Below, one piece after another: positions 8,146 to 16,911 of a stretch of 64,000 bases of DNA. The notes under the pieces are model-generated. The model saw only the letters and a program-made list of their open reading frames with translations. It was not told the DNA's origin and ran no database searches. Positions within the stretch are counted from its first letter, which is position 1; each line of letters starts with the position of its first letter. The position numbers were made by a program, and so were the translations under genes. Source of the DNA: a virus; IMG/VR virus record IMGVR_UViG_3300037466_003456, positions 57,682-121,681 of that record, one strand, 5' to 3'.

Positions 8146-10572
8146 ATGATGAAAAGACGGATGATTAAAACGGCATCGGGGATTACCATGGCTGACAGTT
8201 CACCCGCTGCCATCGAAGAGGCTTTAGTGAACCAGTTGCAGGAAGCATTAGGAGAATGGAAAAACGTAGTTAATATTAAGCCATTCATGCAAGTGGATGA
8301 AGAAGATGCAGACCTTTCCGGAAATGTAAAAAATGCTTTTGGAGCCGTTCAGCTTTCCGTACATGGTGTGAATTTATATATTCCGTTTATTGTTGTGGAC
8401 AAAATGCTTCTCCCGTTTGATACCATCCGTATGGGCGGAGAAGAAGTCGCTTATGATTACAGCAAGTTAAGACGTCTCGTGAATGCCATCGAAACAAAGG
8501 TTAAAACGTCATCAGAAGGTGACAATGATCCGTTCCAGACCATGGAGGTGGCACGGTTTGAAGATGTTCAACCGAACAATGGTTTCTTGGGAACCATTAT
8601 GGGCATTCGTGATACAGCTCGCATGAGAAACGGTTTAGGGATGGATTCACCTTGGGATGGACCGGGATTTGGCAATATGGACGAGGAACGCATTATGCGT
8701 CAAGCGTCCGCTGTCGATGTTTTAAACGAATTTCACGAGGTTATGGAAAAGATTGCGAACGTAAAAGTTTTCTCTAAACTGCAAATGGAAGAATACGAAC
8801 AGCATCTGTTAAAACAGGCAGAAGAGGAACAGGAAGAGGAATTATCCAAAGTGGCCGAAGCAGAAGATACCCTTGAAGCAGCCAGTGTAAGACGAGATAT
8901 GCTTCAACTGGATGCAGAGAAACTAGTGAGTGTTCACCGTGTGGCTAGTGGAAACAACATCTCTTTCCCGATATTCGAAGCAGGTCGTTTTGAATACCAT
9001 TCAGGTCGTGTGTATCGAAACTTTGAAAGCTGGTTTAAGAATTCCACTACCTATGCTTCATCCAATAAGCTAGGGGCTTTAGTGATTGATTCTAAATCTG
9101 GTTACCGTTTCTTAAAGAGCGGCGAACCTTTTATGGCGAGCACCAGAGAACCCGGCAACTTCGAATTAGAAACGGAAGTAGCAAAGTCGTTAACGCATGG
9201 ACATATGTATACAATCGAAAAAGACCATGCTAACTTGTTCAATCCATTCATTGTAAAAGGTTCTTATTTGCAGGATAAATTGAATAACGGTATTGTCGTG
9301 AGTGTTCGTGAAATCGCTGACCCTACAAAAAGTCATATTCCTTCCAGAACAGCCAATAGCCTATTCTCTGATTCATTCGAGTGCTATGAATCCATGCCTG
9401 GTAACTGGAAAGGTGCTTCTGCTGATTTTGCGACAGGAAACAAACCGTTCTTTATCATCGTATCGAAAGACCGTAACATCAAAGCGCCAAAGTTCATGAA
9501 TCAGCAAGAACTAAGAGAATATATCATGCAGTATGCGGCTGATCCGCACGATGCCCTATTAGCAAAACAAGTCATTCATATTACAAATGACAACTGTGTC
9601 CTTGTGCCTGATTCCCTTCCGTTCTTTAAACTTGAAAAGAATATTACGTATTTCTACACAAGACCAGATGGGCTATTTAAACAAGGTCCAATGTCTAAGA
9701 CAGCTGCATATGGAGGTTTGAACCAAGCAACCTTGTATGTACAGAATGCCCGCAATCCGAAGACGTATGGGGTGAAATGGCAATTCGCTATTCCGACCAA
9801 AGTCGAGAATGATATCGAAGCAACCCAACTACAGAAACGCAATAAAGAAGGAATGAGTGAGGATCAAGCGAAGTCCATGTTGAACAAACTAGGATTCGAT
9901 TACCGTACTCAGCAAAAATTCTTTGAAATCACGAAACGTAACGGACGTTCTGCCACCTTTAATCTGCCGAACCCTACTTTAGCAGCAACGGTGTCAGCTC
10001 CTGATGTAGCGACTGAAAAAGTAAAAAAGAAAATGAAAGGTATTGCGGACTCTCTATTAAACTCACAAAACTTTATGCCTTTGATGGAAAATGCTGTAGC
10101 GGATGGACTTTCTGCTTTCGTTTCGAATGCATTCCCAGGTTCCGTTAATGCCGTCCATAACGTAGGTAACTTCTTCGATATGTCTAAACAATCGATGGAA
10201 ACCGCTTTGGAAATGGAAAAAGTGGCTACACGCTTTAATGGTGCCGAGTGGCATGAATTATCCGCTTTGTTGAACATGAAACATCGTTTAGATAAATTGG
10301 CTGCCGAAATGGAAGATGGAAGCTATTTGCAAAATGGTCGTGAAGTGTTTGAAAAAGTGGCTGAAATGAAACCGGTGATCGAGAAGAAAGCAAGTGACCT
10401 TATTCAATTTAACCGCGACCAGTTAATTCGCACCGACAGTTATTTCGTGGAACCAACGCTTGTGAAGCAAGCACTGGAGCAATTGGATGGACTTTATGTC
10501 TATGCTTGCTCCGAAAAAAAAAAGAGTCCTTTAGAAAAGTCGCTGGACTTTTTGGCGAGGGTGCGGAGTTAA
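8146..10572 (+). CDS. Large hypothetical, putative virion protein with KxA motifs; may be extended by a -1 frameshift
   Basis: ORF track 8113..10572; start at 8146 after AGGAGG; IKTAS, SKVAE, SKTAA, EKVAT, EKVAE motifs; ends over an A10 run. Confidence 0.7.
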   Translation: MMKRRMIKTASGITMADSSPAAIEEALVNQLQEALGEWKNVVNIKPFMQVDEEDADLSGNVKNAFGAVQLSVHGVNLYIPFIVVDKMLLPFDTIRMGGEEVAYDYSKLRRLVNAIETKVKTSSEGDNDPFQTMEVARFEDVQPNNGFLGTIMGIRDTARMRNGLGMDSPWDGPGFGNMDEERIMRQASAVDVLNEFHEVMEKIANVKVFSKLQMEEYEQHLLKQAEEEQEEELSKVAEAEDTLEAASVRRDMLQLDAEKLVSVHRVASGNNISFPIFEAGRFEYHSGRVYRNFESWFKNSTTYASSNKLGALVIDSKSGYRFLKSGEPFMASTREPGNFELETEVAKSLTHGHMYTIEKDHANLFNPFIVKGSYLQDKLNNGIVVSVREIADPTKSHIPSRTANSLFSDSFECYESMPGNWKGASADFATGNKPFFIIVSKDRNIKAPKFMNQQELREYIMQYAADPHDALLAKQVIHITNDNCVLVPDSLPFFKLEKNITYFYTRPDGLFKQGPMSKTAAYGGLNQATLYVQNARNPKTYGVKWQFAIPTKVENDIEATQLQKRNKEGMSEDQAKSMLNKLGFDYRTQQKFFEITKRNGRSATFNLPNPTLAATVSAPDVATEKVKKKMKGIADSLLNSQNFMPLMENAVADGLSAFVSNAFPGSVNAVHNVGNFFDMSKQSMETALEMEKVATRFNGAEWHELSALLNMKHRLDKLAAEMEDGSYLQNGREVFEKVAEMKPVIEKKASDLIQFNRDQLIRTDSYFVEPTLVKQALEQLDGLYVYACSEKKKSPLEKSLDFLARVRS

Positions 10573-10889
10573 AACGGGTAAGCGAAGCGATCCAACGATT
10601 GAAAGGTGACATTCAAGGTCTAAATTCGGACTACCGAAATGTTCACTCAAATTTAAGAGCGTCCATGCCTAAAGGATTCTCCTCTGACAAAGTTCAATCT
10701 GCTTTCAATGAAACGGAGCAGGCAGAGCAAAACCTGAATGAAAAAGTGGATGAGTTAAAATCCCTTTTTGGAGAACATGGTGAACTGAAACAAAAAGAAG
10801 CCAACAAGAACTATGGGATTGCTGCAGGATTCGGAATCCCTGGCTTAGTTGGATTAGGTTATGTGAATGAGCAGGCAAAAAACAACTAA
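10506..10889 (+). CDS. KxA/glycine-zipper module, probably reached by frameshift from the upstream ORF
   Basis: No good RBS before the TTG; FRKVAG motif, coiled coil, C-terminal GIAAGFGIPGLVGLGY. Confidence 0.5.
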   Translation: MLRKKKESFRKVAGLFGEGAELKRVSEAIQRLKGDIQGLNSDYRNVHSNLRASMPKGFSSDKVQSAFNETEQAEQNLNEKVDELKSLFGEHGELKQKEANKNYGIAAGFGIPGLVGLGYVNEQAKNN

Positions 10890-10896
10890 ACCGTAC

Positions 10897-10928
10897 AAAG
10901 GAGAGGTCAAATAACCCTCTCCTTTTTT
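10897..10928 (+). terminator. Intrinsic terminator
   Basis: AAAGGAGAGG/CCTCTCCTTT stem plus T-tract. Confidence 0.7.
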
Positions 10929-10964
10929 CAAATAAGTTTTTATGCCCCACACAAGAATAGGAGG

Positions 10965-11777
10965 ATGGTGCATATGGAACAATTCTATTTTCTTAAAGAA
11001 GCATTTGCTCAACAAAAAGGGAGATTATCCGAGGAAGAGGAATTACATCTATTGAAACAATATCAGGCGGGAGATTCACAATCAGGGGATAAATTAACGT
11101 TATCACTCCGTCCCCTAATTGAAAAAGCCATAGTGGATGTAAGCCCTGGTGGGAACGATGTCTCCTCTTCCAATCTACGGATGAGGGCTCATGTAGAGTT
11201 ACCTAAGATTCTACAAAACTATGATCAAAACCGAGATATCAAACTAAAGACGTTTGTAACGTCTCAGCTAAAAGGTTATCTTCGCAATGCGGTAGCAGAA
11301 AATGTGAGTGGCGCTTACGTTCCTCGGAATCAGCATACCGATTTAGAGCGGTACCGCCAAGCGGTAAGGGATGCGCAAATGGAATTCGGACACAATCCAT
11401 CCGAAGACCAGATTCGTTCGTTTTACCCAGAAGATGAAGCCAGCACCAGTTTCGATAAAATCAAACAATACCATTTAAACAACTATCTGGGTGACGCTAC
11501 TTTCGGTCAAGGCGAAGAAAGTGAAGGATTAACGTTCAAAGATCAGTTTGCGAATGATGAGGATACTATTGATCACGATGACCTCTTTTCTTCCCTATAT
11601 GATGACGAAGAAAATGATATAATTGCTAAAAATTTCACAGCTCAAGAACAACAAGTCATCGACAAAGTTAATAAAGAAGGTCAGTCCTTTGTCAATGCTG
11701 CCTTATCACTCGGAATCAGCACAGCCGAAGTCCGAAAAACGATGAGGCGCTGGCACGAAATCACTAAAAATAAATAG
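10965..11777 (+). CDS. Divergent sigma-70 family sigma factor (FliA/SigF-like architecture)
   Basis: Region 2-like LRPLIEKAI...QNYDQNRDIKLKTFVTSQLKGYLRNA, region 3 YVPR...EFGHNPSEDQI, C-terminal HTH AALSLGISTAEVRK. Confidence 0.75.
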   Translation: MVHMEQFYFLKEAFAQQKGRLSEEEELHLLKQYQAGDSQSGDKLTLSLRPLIEKAIVDVSPGGNDVSSSNLRMRAHVELPKILQNYDQNRDIKLKTFVTSQLKGYLRNAVAENVSGAYVPRNQHTDLERYRQAVRDAQMEFGHNPSEDQIRSFYPEDEASTSFDKIKQYHLNNYLGDATFGQGEESEGLTFKDQFANDEDTIDHDDLFSSLYDDEENDIIAKNFTAQEQQVIDKVNKEGQSFVNAALSLGISTAEVRKTMRRWHEITKNK

Positions 11778-11790
11778 TAAAGGGTGTTGT

Positions 11791-12528
11791 TTGATGAAAT
11801 TTCAAGGTGTAACAGCGCAAAACATTGGTCAAGCTCATGCTTTAAAAATGCTTACTAGTTCAAAGGATTATGCGTTTTTAACTGGACCGGCTGGAACGGG
11901 AAAGACGTTATTAACTGGCGCAGTTGGACTCGAACAAGTCATTAAACATCCTAAAGATGGATTCAAAAGTGTCATCTACACTCGTCTGCAAGTGCAAACG
12001 GGGGCAGACGTTGGATTCCTGCCAGGTGATTTGATGGAAGGAAAGACCGAACCTTTCTTGGAAGGATTTAAGGATAATTTCAAGGAAATGGATTACGACT
12101 TACCTTTCGACCATCTAATTAACAAGAAGCTGCAATTCGTGCCAATTCAAACCATGCGAGGAAGGACATTCCCTAATTCGTTCATTATCGTGGATGAAGC
12201 TCAAAACCTTGATGAAGATACTATTACAACCATTGCTACTCGATTGGGTATGGGGTCAAAAATGGTCTTCATGGGGAACTTCTCACAAATCGATGACAAA
12301 AAAGGATTCTTGAAAAAGCCTGAGAACAATGGGTTTTATCAATTGCTTAGTCGTTTTTACGAAACCACTGGCGGACACCAATTCTTTGAACATGTCCACC
12401 TTACAGAGATTCAGCGTTCTGGCGGTGCCGCTTTCGTAGAAAAGATGATGCGCAATCATAAATTAGATCCTCGTTTTGTTGATCTTGAGGAATGTGGAAT
12501 CGTTCAGGAAGAAGTTCTTTCTGCTTAA
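11791..12528 (+). CDS. phoH: PhoH family ATPase
   Basis: GPAGTGKT, MRGRTF, IVDEAQN, GSKMVFMGNFSQID. Confidence 0.93.
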   Translation: MMKFQGVTAQNIGQAHALKMLTSSKDYAFLTGPAGTGKTLLTGAVGLEQVIKHPKDGFKSVIYTRLQVQTGADVGFLPGDLMEGKTEPFLEGFKDNFKEMDYDLPFDHLINKKLQFVPIQTMRGRTFPNSFIIVDEAQNLDEDTITTIATRLGMGSKMVFMGNFSQIDDKKGFLKKPENNGFYQLLSRFYETTGGHQFFEHVHLTEIQRSGGAAFVEKMMRNHKLDPRFVDLEECGIVQEEVLSA

Positions 12529-12532
12529 TAGG

Positions 12533-12560
12533 AAAGTGACCTCATAGGTCACTTTTTTAT
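12533..12560 (+). terminator. Intrinsic terminator
   Basis: AAAGTGACC/GGTCACTTT stem plus T-tract after phoH. Confidence 0.7.
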
Positions 12561-12594
12561 TTATAATAGGACTATCGAACTAAAAAGAAAGAAG

Positions 12595-13278
12595 GTGGCA
12601 ATCTTGTCGCTTTTCGGTAATGACAATTTGGATTCCAAACAAAGAAGAAATGTCCATCTTGCACAGTTAGGCGGTGGTTTAGCGGGCGCAGGAGCAGGAT
12701 TCTTAACTTCTAAGGTGATGGATGCCTCACACGAAAAGTCGCTATTTCAGGCAGGAATGGACGCAACGAGAGATAATGAAAAAGCTGAGTTGCAATGGAA
12801 AAGGCTAATGGATTTATATTTAGGGAAAATCACCATCCAAGACATTCCGATTCCTGAACGTGATCGTTATTCAAAATGGCTAGAAGAAAATAAAGAAACA
12901 TTAGAGACTTTTCGCAACAATCCAGAGGAGTTTGAAAAATCCCTCAACGAAGTAAAAGGCGGTCGTCTGCAACCGTTATTTGGCCAAAAACCTTCCATCA
13001 AAGAACTTCTTTTTAGAAAGCGTCCGACCCAAGTGGATTTAAGAGGAGGAAATGTGGTTCCTTTATTTTCAGGCGAGAAAGAAGCTTTAATGGAAATTCC
13101 ACACGAAATCCACAACCCGAAGGCCTATGGATTAGCTGGAATGTTAGCCGCTGGCGGTTTAATAGGTGCAGGGTATCTAGCGGAAAGGAAATACGAAAAA
13201 GAGAATAAGGGCAAATATAACGAACAAGACTTAGATCAGCTTCAAAAAATGCTACAGGCATTGAAAGCACGAGGTTAA
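12595..13278 (+). CDS. Hypothetical protein with two glycine-rich hydrophobic segments
   Basis: LGGGLAGAGAGFL and YGLAGMLAAGGLIGAGY. Confidence 0.65.
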   Translation: MAILSLFGNDNLDSKQRRNVHLAQLGGGLAGAGAGFLTSKVMDASHEKSLFQAGMDATRDNEKAELQWKRLMDLYLGKITIQDIPIPERDRYSKWLEENKETLETFRNNPEEFEKSLNEVKGGRLQPLFGQKPSIKELLFRKRPTQVDLRGGNVVPLFSGEKEALMEIPHEIHNPKAYGLAGMLAAGGLIGAGYLAERKYEKENKGKYNEQDLDQLQKMLQALKARG

Positions 13279-13352
13279 AGCCTTGATTCGTGAATTATGA
13301 TACATTATTTATAGGTCATTTTTCCTATGTAAATAAAGTGAGGTGGAACTGT

Positions 13353-15590
13353 GTGGATGATTTATTAAACCGTTTGGAAAAGTCGGCGGGTCTCGGTGGC
13401 GGATTGTTTAAAGGATTCGGAAACTACCTTAAAAACGTTTCAAACTATAACGTTCGTAAATTAGAAAAAGCGAATGCCCTTCCGAAAGAAATTACGAACG
13501 CTAAAGTAGACCGTAATATCGCCCGCGCCGGAACGGCAGGTGTTGGTATGCTAGGTGGTGCTGCATATGGAGGTTATAAAGCCTTTGAAGGTACCCAACA
13601 GCAACCTATGGATACGACTTTGTATGAGCAAAATCAATTTACTCAAAATAACCTGCAACCGAAAATCGCTTCTGAAATGATGGATCGGTTGGAAAAGTCA
13701 GCTGGTAGTGAAGATATACCGCAATTAAATCATCATTCCCTTCTTAGTGCTGAAGGCGCAATGGCAACAGCCCCTATGGGAGCAATATTGGGTGGTTTAA
13801 AAAATGCTTCTAAGTTCGGGGAACGTGGTGCATTAAAAGGCGGACTCGGTGTTTTGCGCGGCGCGGCTGTAGGAGGTGTTCTAGGTGCTATACCAGGCAT
13901 GGAAGTAGGTGGAGCGATCGGTTCTCTTTTAGATGCCAACGAATTAACGAAATCACGCCGTTTGCAAGAACGACAAGCTATTAAGGATGCTATTAAAGAG
14001 GAGTTGAGAGAACAAATGGGGAAAACAGCAGAAACAGACCTGTTGGAGCGTTTAGAGAAAACTGCTGGTATTTTCGGCGATATTGTAAAAGCCACAGGTA
14101 TTGGAGCTGGACGTGCAGAAAAGAAATTCAATGAATTCGCTTCCCCTCAAGGGTTTTTACAGCACGAACCAACGATGGGTGCCCAGGATTGGCAACTACA
14201 AGCAAATAACCTAAAAAACCAAAGTGAACGAGCGGGGTTAGAACGTGATGTTGCACGTAAGAATCTTGTTGGCCCTGGTCTTGTAACAGGCGGTATAGCT
14301 GCACTTGCTGGGTCGATTGGTTTATCCGTTCATGAGATGCAACAACTTCATCAAGAAGCTTTGGCTGAATTGCAGGCAGAACAAGCACAAGGAGTACAAG
14401 CACAAGGGGTACAAGGAGATGATTATATGAAAGAGGCAAATGAATTACTAGAGCGATTAGAAAAAACAGCTTCTCTAAAGGAAGTTCAGGCAACAGACGA
14501 AGATTTATTTGCTCGTTTAGAAAAAACAGCAAATCCTTTTGAAGAGAAAGAAAAAAAGGACGAAGGTGAAGAAGAACAAAAGGCTCCGCAACAATCTAAA
14601 GAGGATTCTGAGCCGAAACAGTCACAAGCTCCAAAGCAAGAACAACCAGCACAACAAGCACAACCAGAACCACAAGCACAGACGGCACAACCGGAGCCAA
14701 CACCAGAGCCAACACCAGCACCTCAACAACAACAGGTGCCATTAGCAGCTCAACAACCACTTCCAGAACAAGCGCCAGATCCGCGTTTATTAATACTTCA
14801 GCAGATTTTAGCTGACCAACAACAAGGAGCGGCTCCAACGCCTGTTGAACCTCCAGTTCAGGAAGTCCCGCAAGAAGTAGCTGCTCCGGCTCCACAAGAT
14901 CCTCATTTGGAGTTGCAACAATTGCTTGCTCAACAACAAGCGGCAGACCCGACTCCAGTGGCAGCTTCATCAATGGCAGGGTATGGAGCACTCGAAACTG
15001 GTGATGCTTCTCAAGAAAGCCCTCGTCAAGGTGCAGGCTCTGTATCTAATGCCCCTGCTGGTGTAGATAAGACTGCTTCTTTATTTGAGAGTTTAGAAAA
15101 AACAGCAGCAGGCATTCCAGGACTTGGTTCTGTAGTCAATGCAGTTAAACCTAAAGCTACAAATCTAGCTATTAAAGGTGCACAAAAAGCCGGAGATTTC
15201 ACTAAACAAATCGGTGGCGGAGATTTCAAAGCTGGCTTAAAGAGAATTGGAACAGGTTCTGCTCTTGTTGGAGGTGGAGCTATTGCGGGTGCAAGTGCTC
15301 AAGCGTCTCATGACAGCAACATGAGTAAAGCGGCGGCTGAGGAAACACCAGCCGAACAAAAATCCATCGCGGATAAATCTGAAAAAGAATGGATCGACTT
15401 CATGCACAAAGTGGAAAAAGAAGATGGTGTGAAGGCAGAAGAAAAGCCTGAGAATCAATCAAAAACCGCTTCAGAAGACGATGATATGTTAAACGGATTA
15501 TTTAAAGAAGCCGCAGCCGCTATCATGGATATGCACTTTCCGGAAGTAAGACAGCATGTTGATCCAATCAACCGTATTACTTTCAACTAA
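13353..15590 (+). CDS. Repeat-motif polyprotein-like protein (six LxxLEK[S/T]A repeats, four glycine-zipper modules, Q/P/E-rich linker)
   Basis: ORF track 13290..15590; GTG start at 13353 after GAGGTGG; LLNRLEKSAG, MDRLEKSAG, LLERLEKTAG, LLERLEKTAS, LFARLEKTAN, LFESLEKTAA. Confidence 0.75.
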   Translation: MDDLLNRLEKSAGLGGGLFKGFGNYLKNVSNYNVRKLEKANALPKEITNAKVDRNIARAGTAGVGMLGGAAYGGYKAFEGTQQQPMDTTLYEQNQFTQNNLQPKIASEMMDRLEKSAGSEDIPQLNHHSLLSAEGAMATAPMGAILGGLKNASKFGERGALKGGLGVLRGAAVGGVLGAIPGMEVGGAIGSLLDANELTKSRRLQERQAIKDAIKEELREQMGKTAETDLLERLEKTAGIFGDIVKATGIGAGRAEKKFNEFASPQGFLQHEPTMGAQDWQLQANNLKNQSERAGLERDVARKNLVGPGLVTGGIAALAGSIGLSVHEMQQLHQEALAELQAEQAQGVQAQGVQGDDYMKEANELLERLEKTASLKEVQATDEDLFARLEKTANPFEEKEKKDEGEEEQKAPQQSKEDSEPKQSQAPKQEQPAQQAQPEPQAQTAQPEPTPEPTPAPQQQQVPLAAQQPLPEQAPDPRLLILQQILADQQQGAAPTPVEPPVQEVPQEVAAPAPQDPHLELQQLLAQQQAADPTPVAASSMAGYGALETGDASQESPRQGAGSVSNAPAGVDKTASLFESLEKTAAGIPGLGSVVNAVKPKATNLAIKGAQKAGDFTKQIGGGDFKAGLKRIGTGSALVGGGAIAGASAQASHDSNMSKAAAEETPAEQKSIADKSEKEWIDFMHKVEKEDGVKAEEKPENQSKTASEDDDMLNGLFKEAAAAIMDMHFPEVRQHVDPINRITFN

Positions 15591-15621
15591 TAAAACTCCC
15601 CAGTATTAGTTATTTTCTTTG

Positions 15622-15648
15622 ACACCCCCTTTGTAGGGGGTGTTTTCG
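15622..15648 (+). terminator. Intrinsic terminator
   Basis: ACACCCCCT/AGGGGGTGT stem plus short T-tract. Confidence 0.65.
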
Positions 15649-15727
15649 TTTAGGACTTTAGTTCTACTATAACCCCTCTTTTTAAAGTACAATAGTACTA
15701 CATAATCCGCTGAAAGGAGGGGTTGAA

Positions 15728-16900
15728 ATGGTGATTATACAGTATAACAAAGTCACTCCCGAATATCGTGATTTAGTTAGGTCTATTGAATCGAAAAGCT
15801 ATGTTGGGTACATACGATACCTATTGCTGAAACGATGGCCGTATGAACGGGTCAGAAAAGAACTAATGCGGATGGGCTTAGCCTGGAATGAGCAAGAAGA
15901 CTGTGAAGTGTATTTTCGGGAAGTCATTTACCCTCTCATTCAAAAATTCAAATTAGAAAAATACTATAAAAAATACCGGTTCGGCATGAAAGACGAAACG
16001 TTGTCCATTAGTTCCTTTGGCGGTTCAGAAACAGATCGAATTGCTTTTGTGGATTTAGTGAAAACATTAGAAATTGAGCAGTTCTTTGCTGAGGAAATCG
16101 TGAATTTCTATGGAGGGATGTTAAACATCCCCTTGCACCCTCAAACAGGAGAACCGATTATCGCACGAGAAAGACCAGTAGACCTTATCGAACTTCTGCA
16201 AAACGAGAGACGATATGCCATTGAACATATGTTGGTCGAAGGGTATTCTCCGAAGCAAATTAGTGAGCACTTGTTTCAACGATACGATATGGAGGTTACT
16301 CCTCACGAAATTAAAACATATGCCAAGTCATTTTTTAACGTTAAGCGCCATGATATTCAACGTCTGCTGGATTCTTTAACAGATGAAAAAGATGCGTTGG
16401 AGGAAAAACTATTTGAGGTGAAAAGACGTCCTCCTGATGATTTCAGCTATGGCGAAAGATTTGAGATTGTTTCTGCGATTAGCAACAAAATCAAGGAACT
16501 AAATTCCATGTTGAAAAAATTAAGCGGCGTCCACCTTGGAGCCACTTTTAACTCGGCAGTATTGGAAGTAACCGACATGAGGGAAATGTTTAAAGACGTG
16601 ATGGTTCGAACACATCGTAGATTCCGAGAATTAGATGAACGGACAGAGGATGAAATGGTCCATCCCTTAAACTCCCTCGTTAATATGATGGCAAAAGCAA
16701 CCGATAAGATTATCGGTATTGATGATGTCTTGAATCAAAAAGCAACTAAAACAATCAATGAAGAAATGCTCGAAGTTATTATGCCGTCTCTTGATCGTAT
16801 TGAGAAAGAAGAAAAAGAAGCGATGTTCCTTTACAAGCAAACTCTCAAAGAATCTAACGATGATGAAGATGATGACAATGGCATCATCGGCTTAGATTAG
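15728..16900 (+). CDS. Hypothetical protein, candidate terminase small subunit
   Basis: Directly upstream of TerL; HTH-like GYSPKQISEHL segment, coiled coil, acidic tail; function inferred from position only. Confidence 0.45.
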   Translation: MVIIQYNKVTPEYRDLVRSIESKSYVGYIRYLLLKRWPYERVRKELMRMGLAWNEQEDCEVYFREVIYPLIQKFKLEKYYKKYRFGMKDETLSISSFGGSETDRIAFVDLVKTLEIEQFFAEEIVNFYGGMLNIPLHPQTGEPIIARERPVDLIELLQNERRYAIEHMLVEGYSPKQISEHLFQRYDMEVTPHEIKTYAKSFFNVKRHDIQRLLDSLTDEKDALEEKLFEVKRRPPDDFSYGERFEIVSAISNKIKELNSMLKKLSGVHLGATFNSAVLEVTDMREMFKDVMVRTHRRFRELDERTEDEMVHPLNSLVNMMAKATDKIIGIDDVLNQKATKTINEEMLEVIMPSLDRIEKEEKEAMFLYKQTLKESNDDEDDDNGIIGLD

Positions 16901-16911
16901 GAGGTTGCAAG

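Noticed and set aside
8146-10572. 819-aa ORF as major capsid or tail sheath protein
   Set aside because: No HK97-fold or sheath motifs I can recognise; left as unknown
13733-15458. Long antisense ORFs (e.g. 13733-14131, 14128-14532, 14596-14991) and similar ones opposite other large genes
   Set aside because: Shadow frames of low-complexity plus-strand coding sequence, without RBS or protein-like composition
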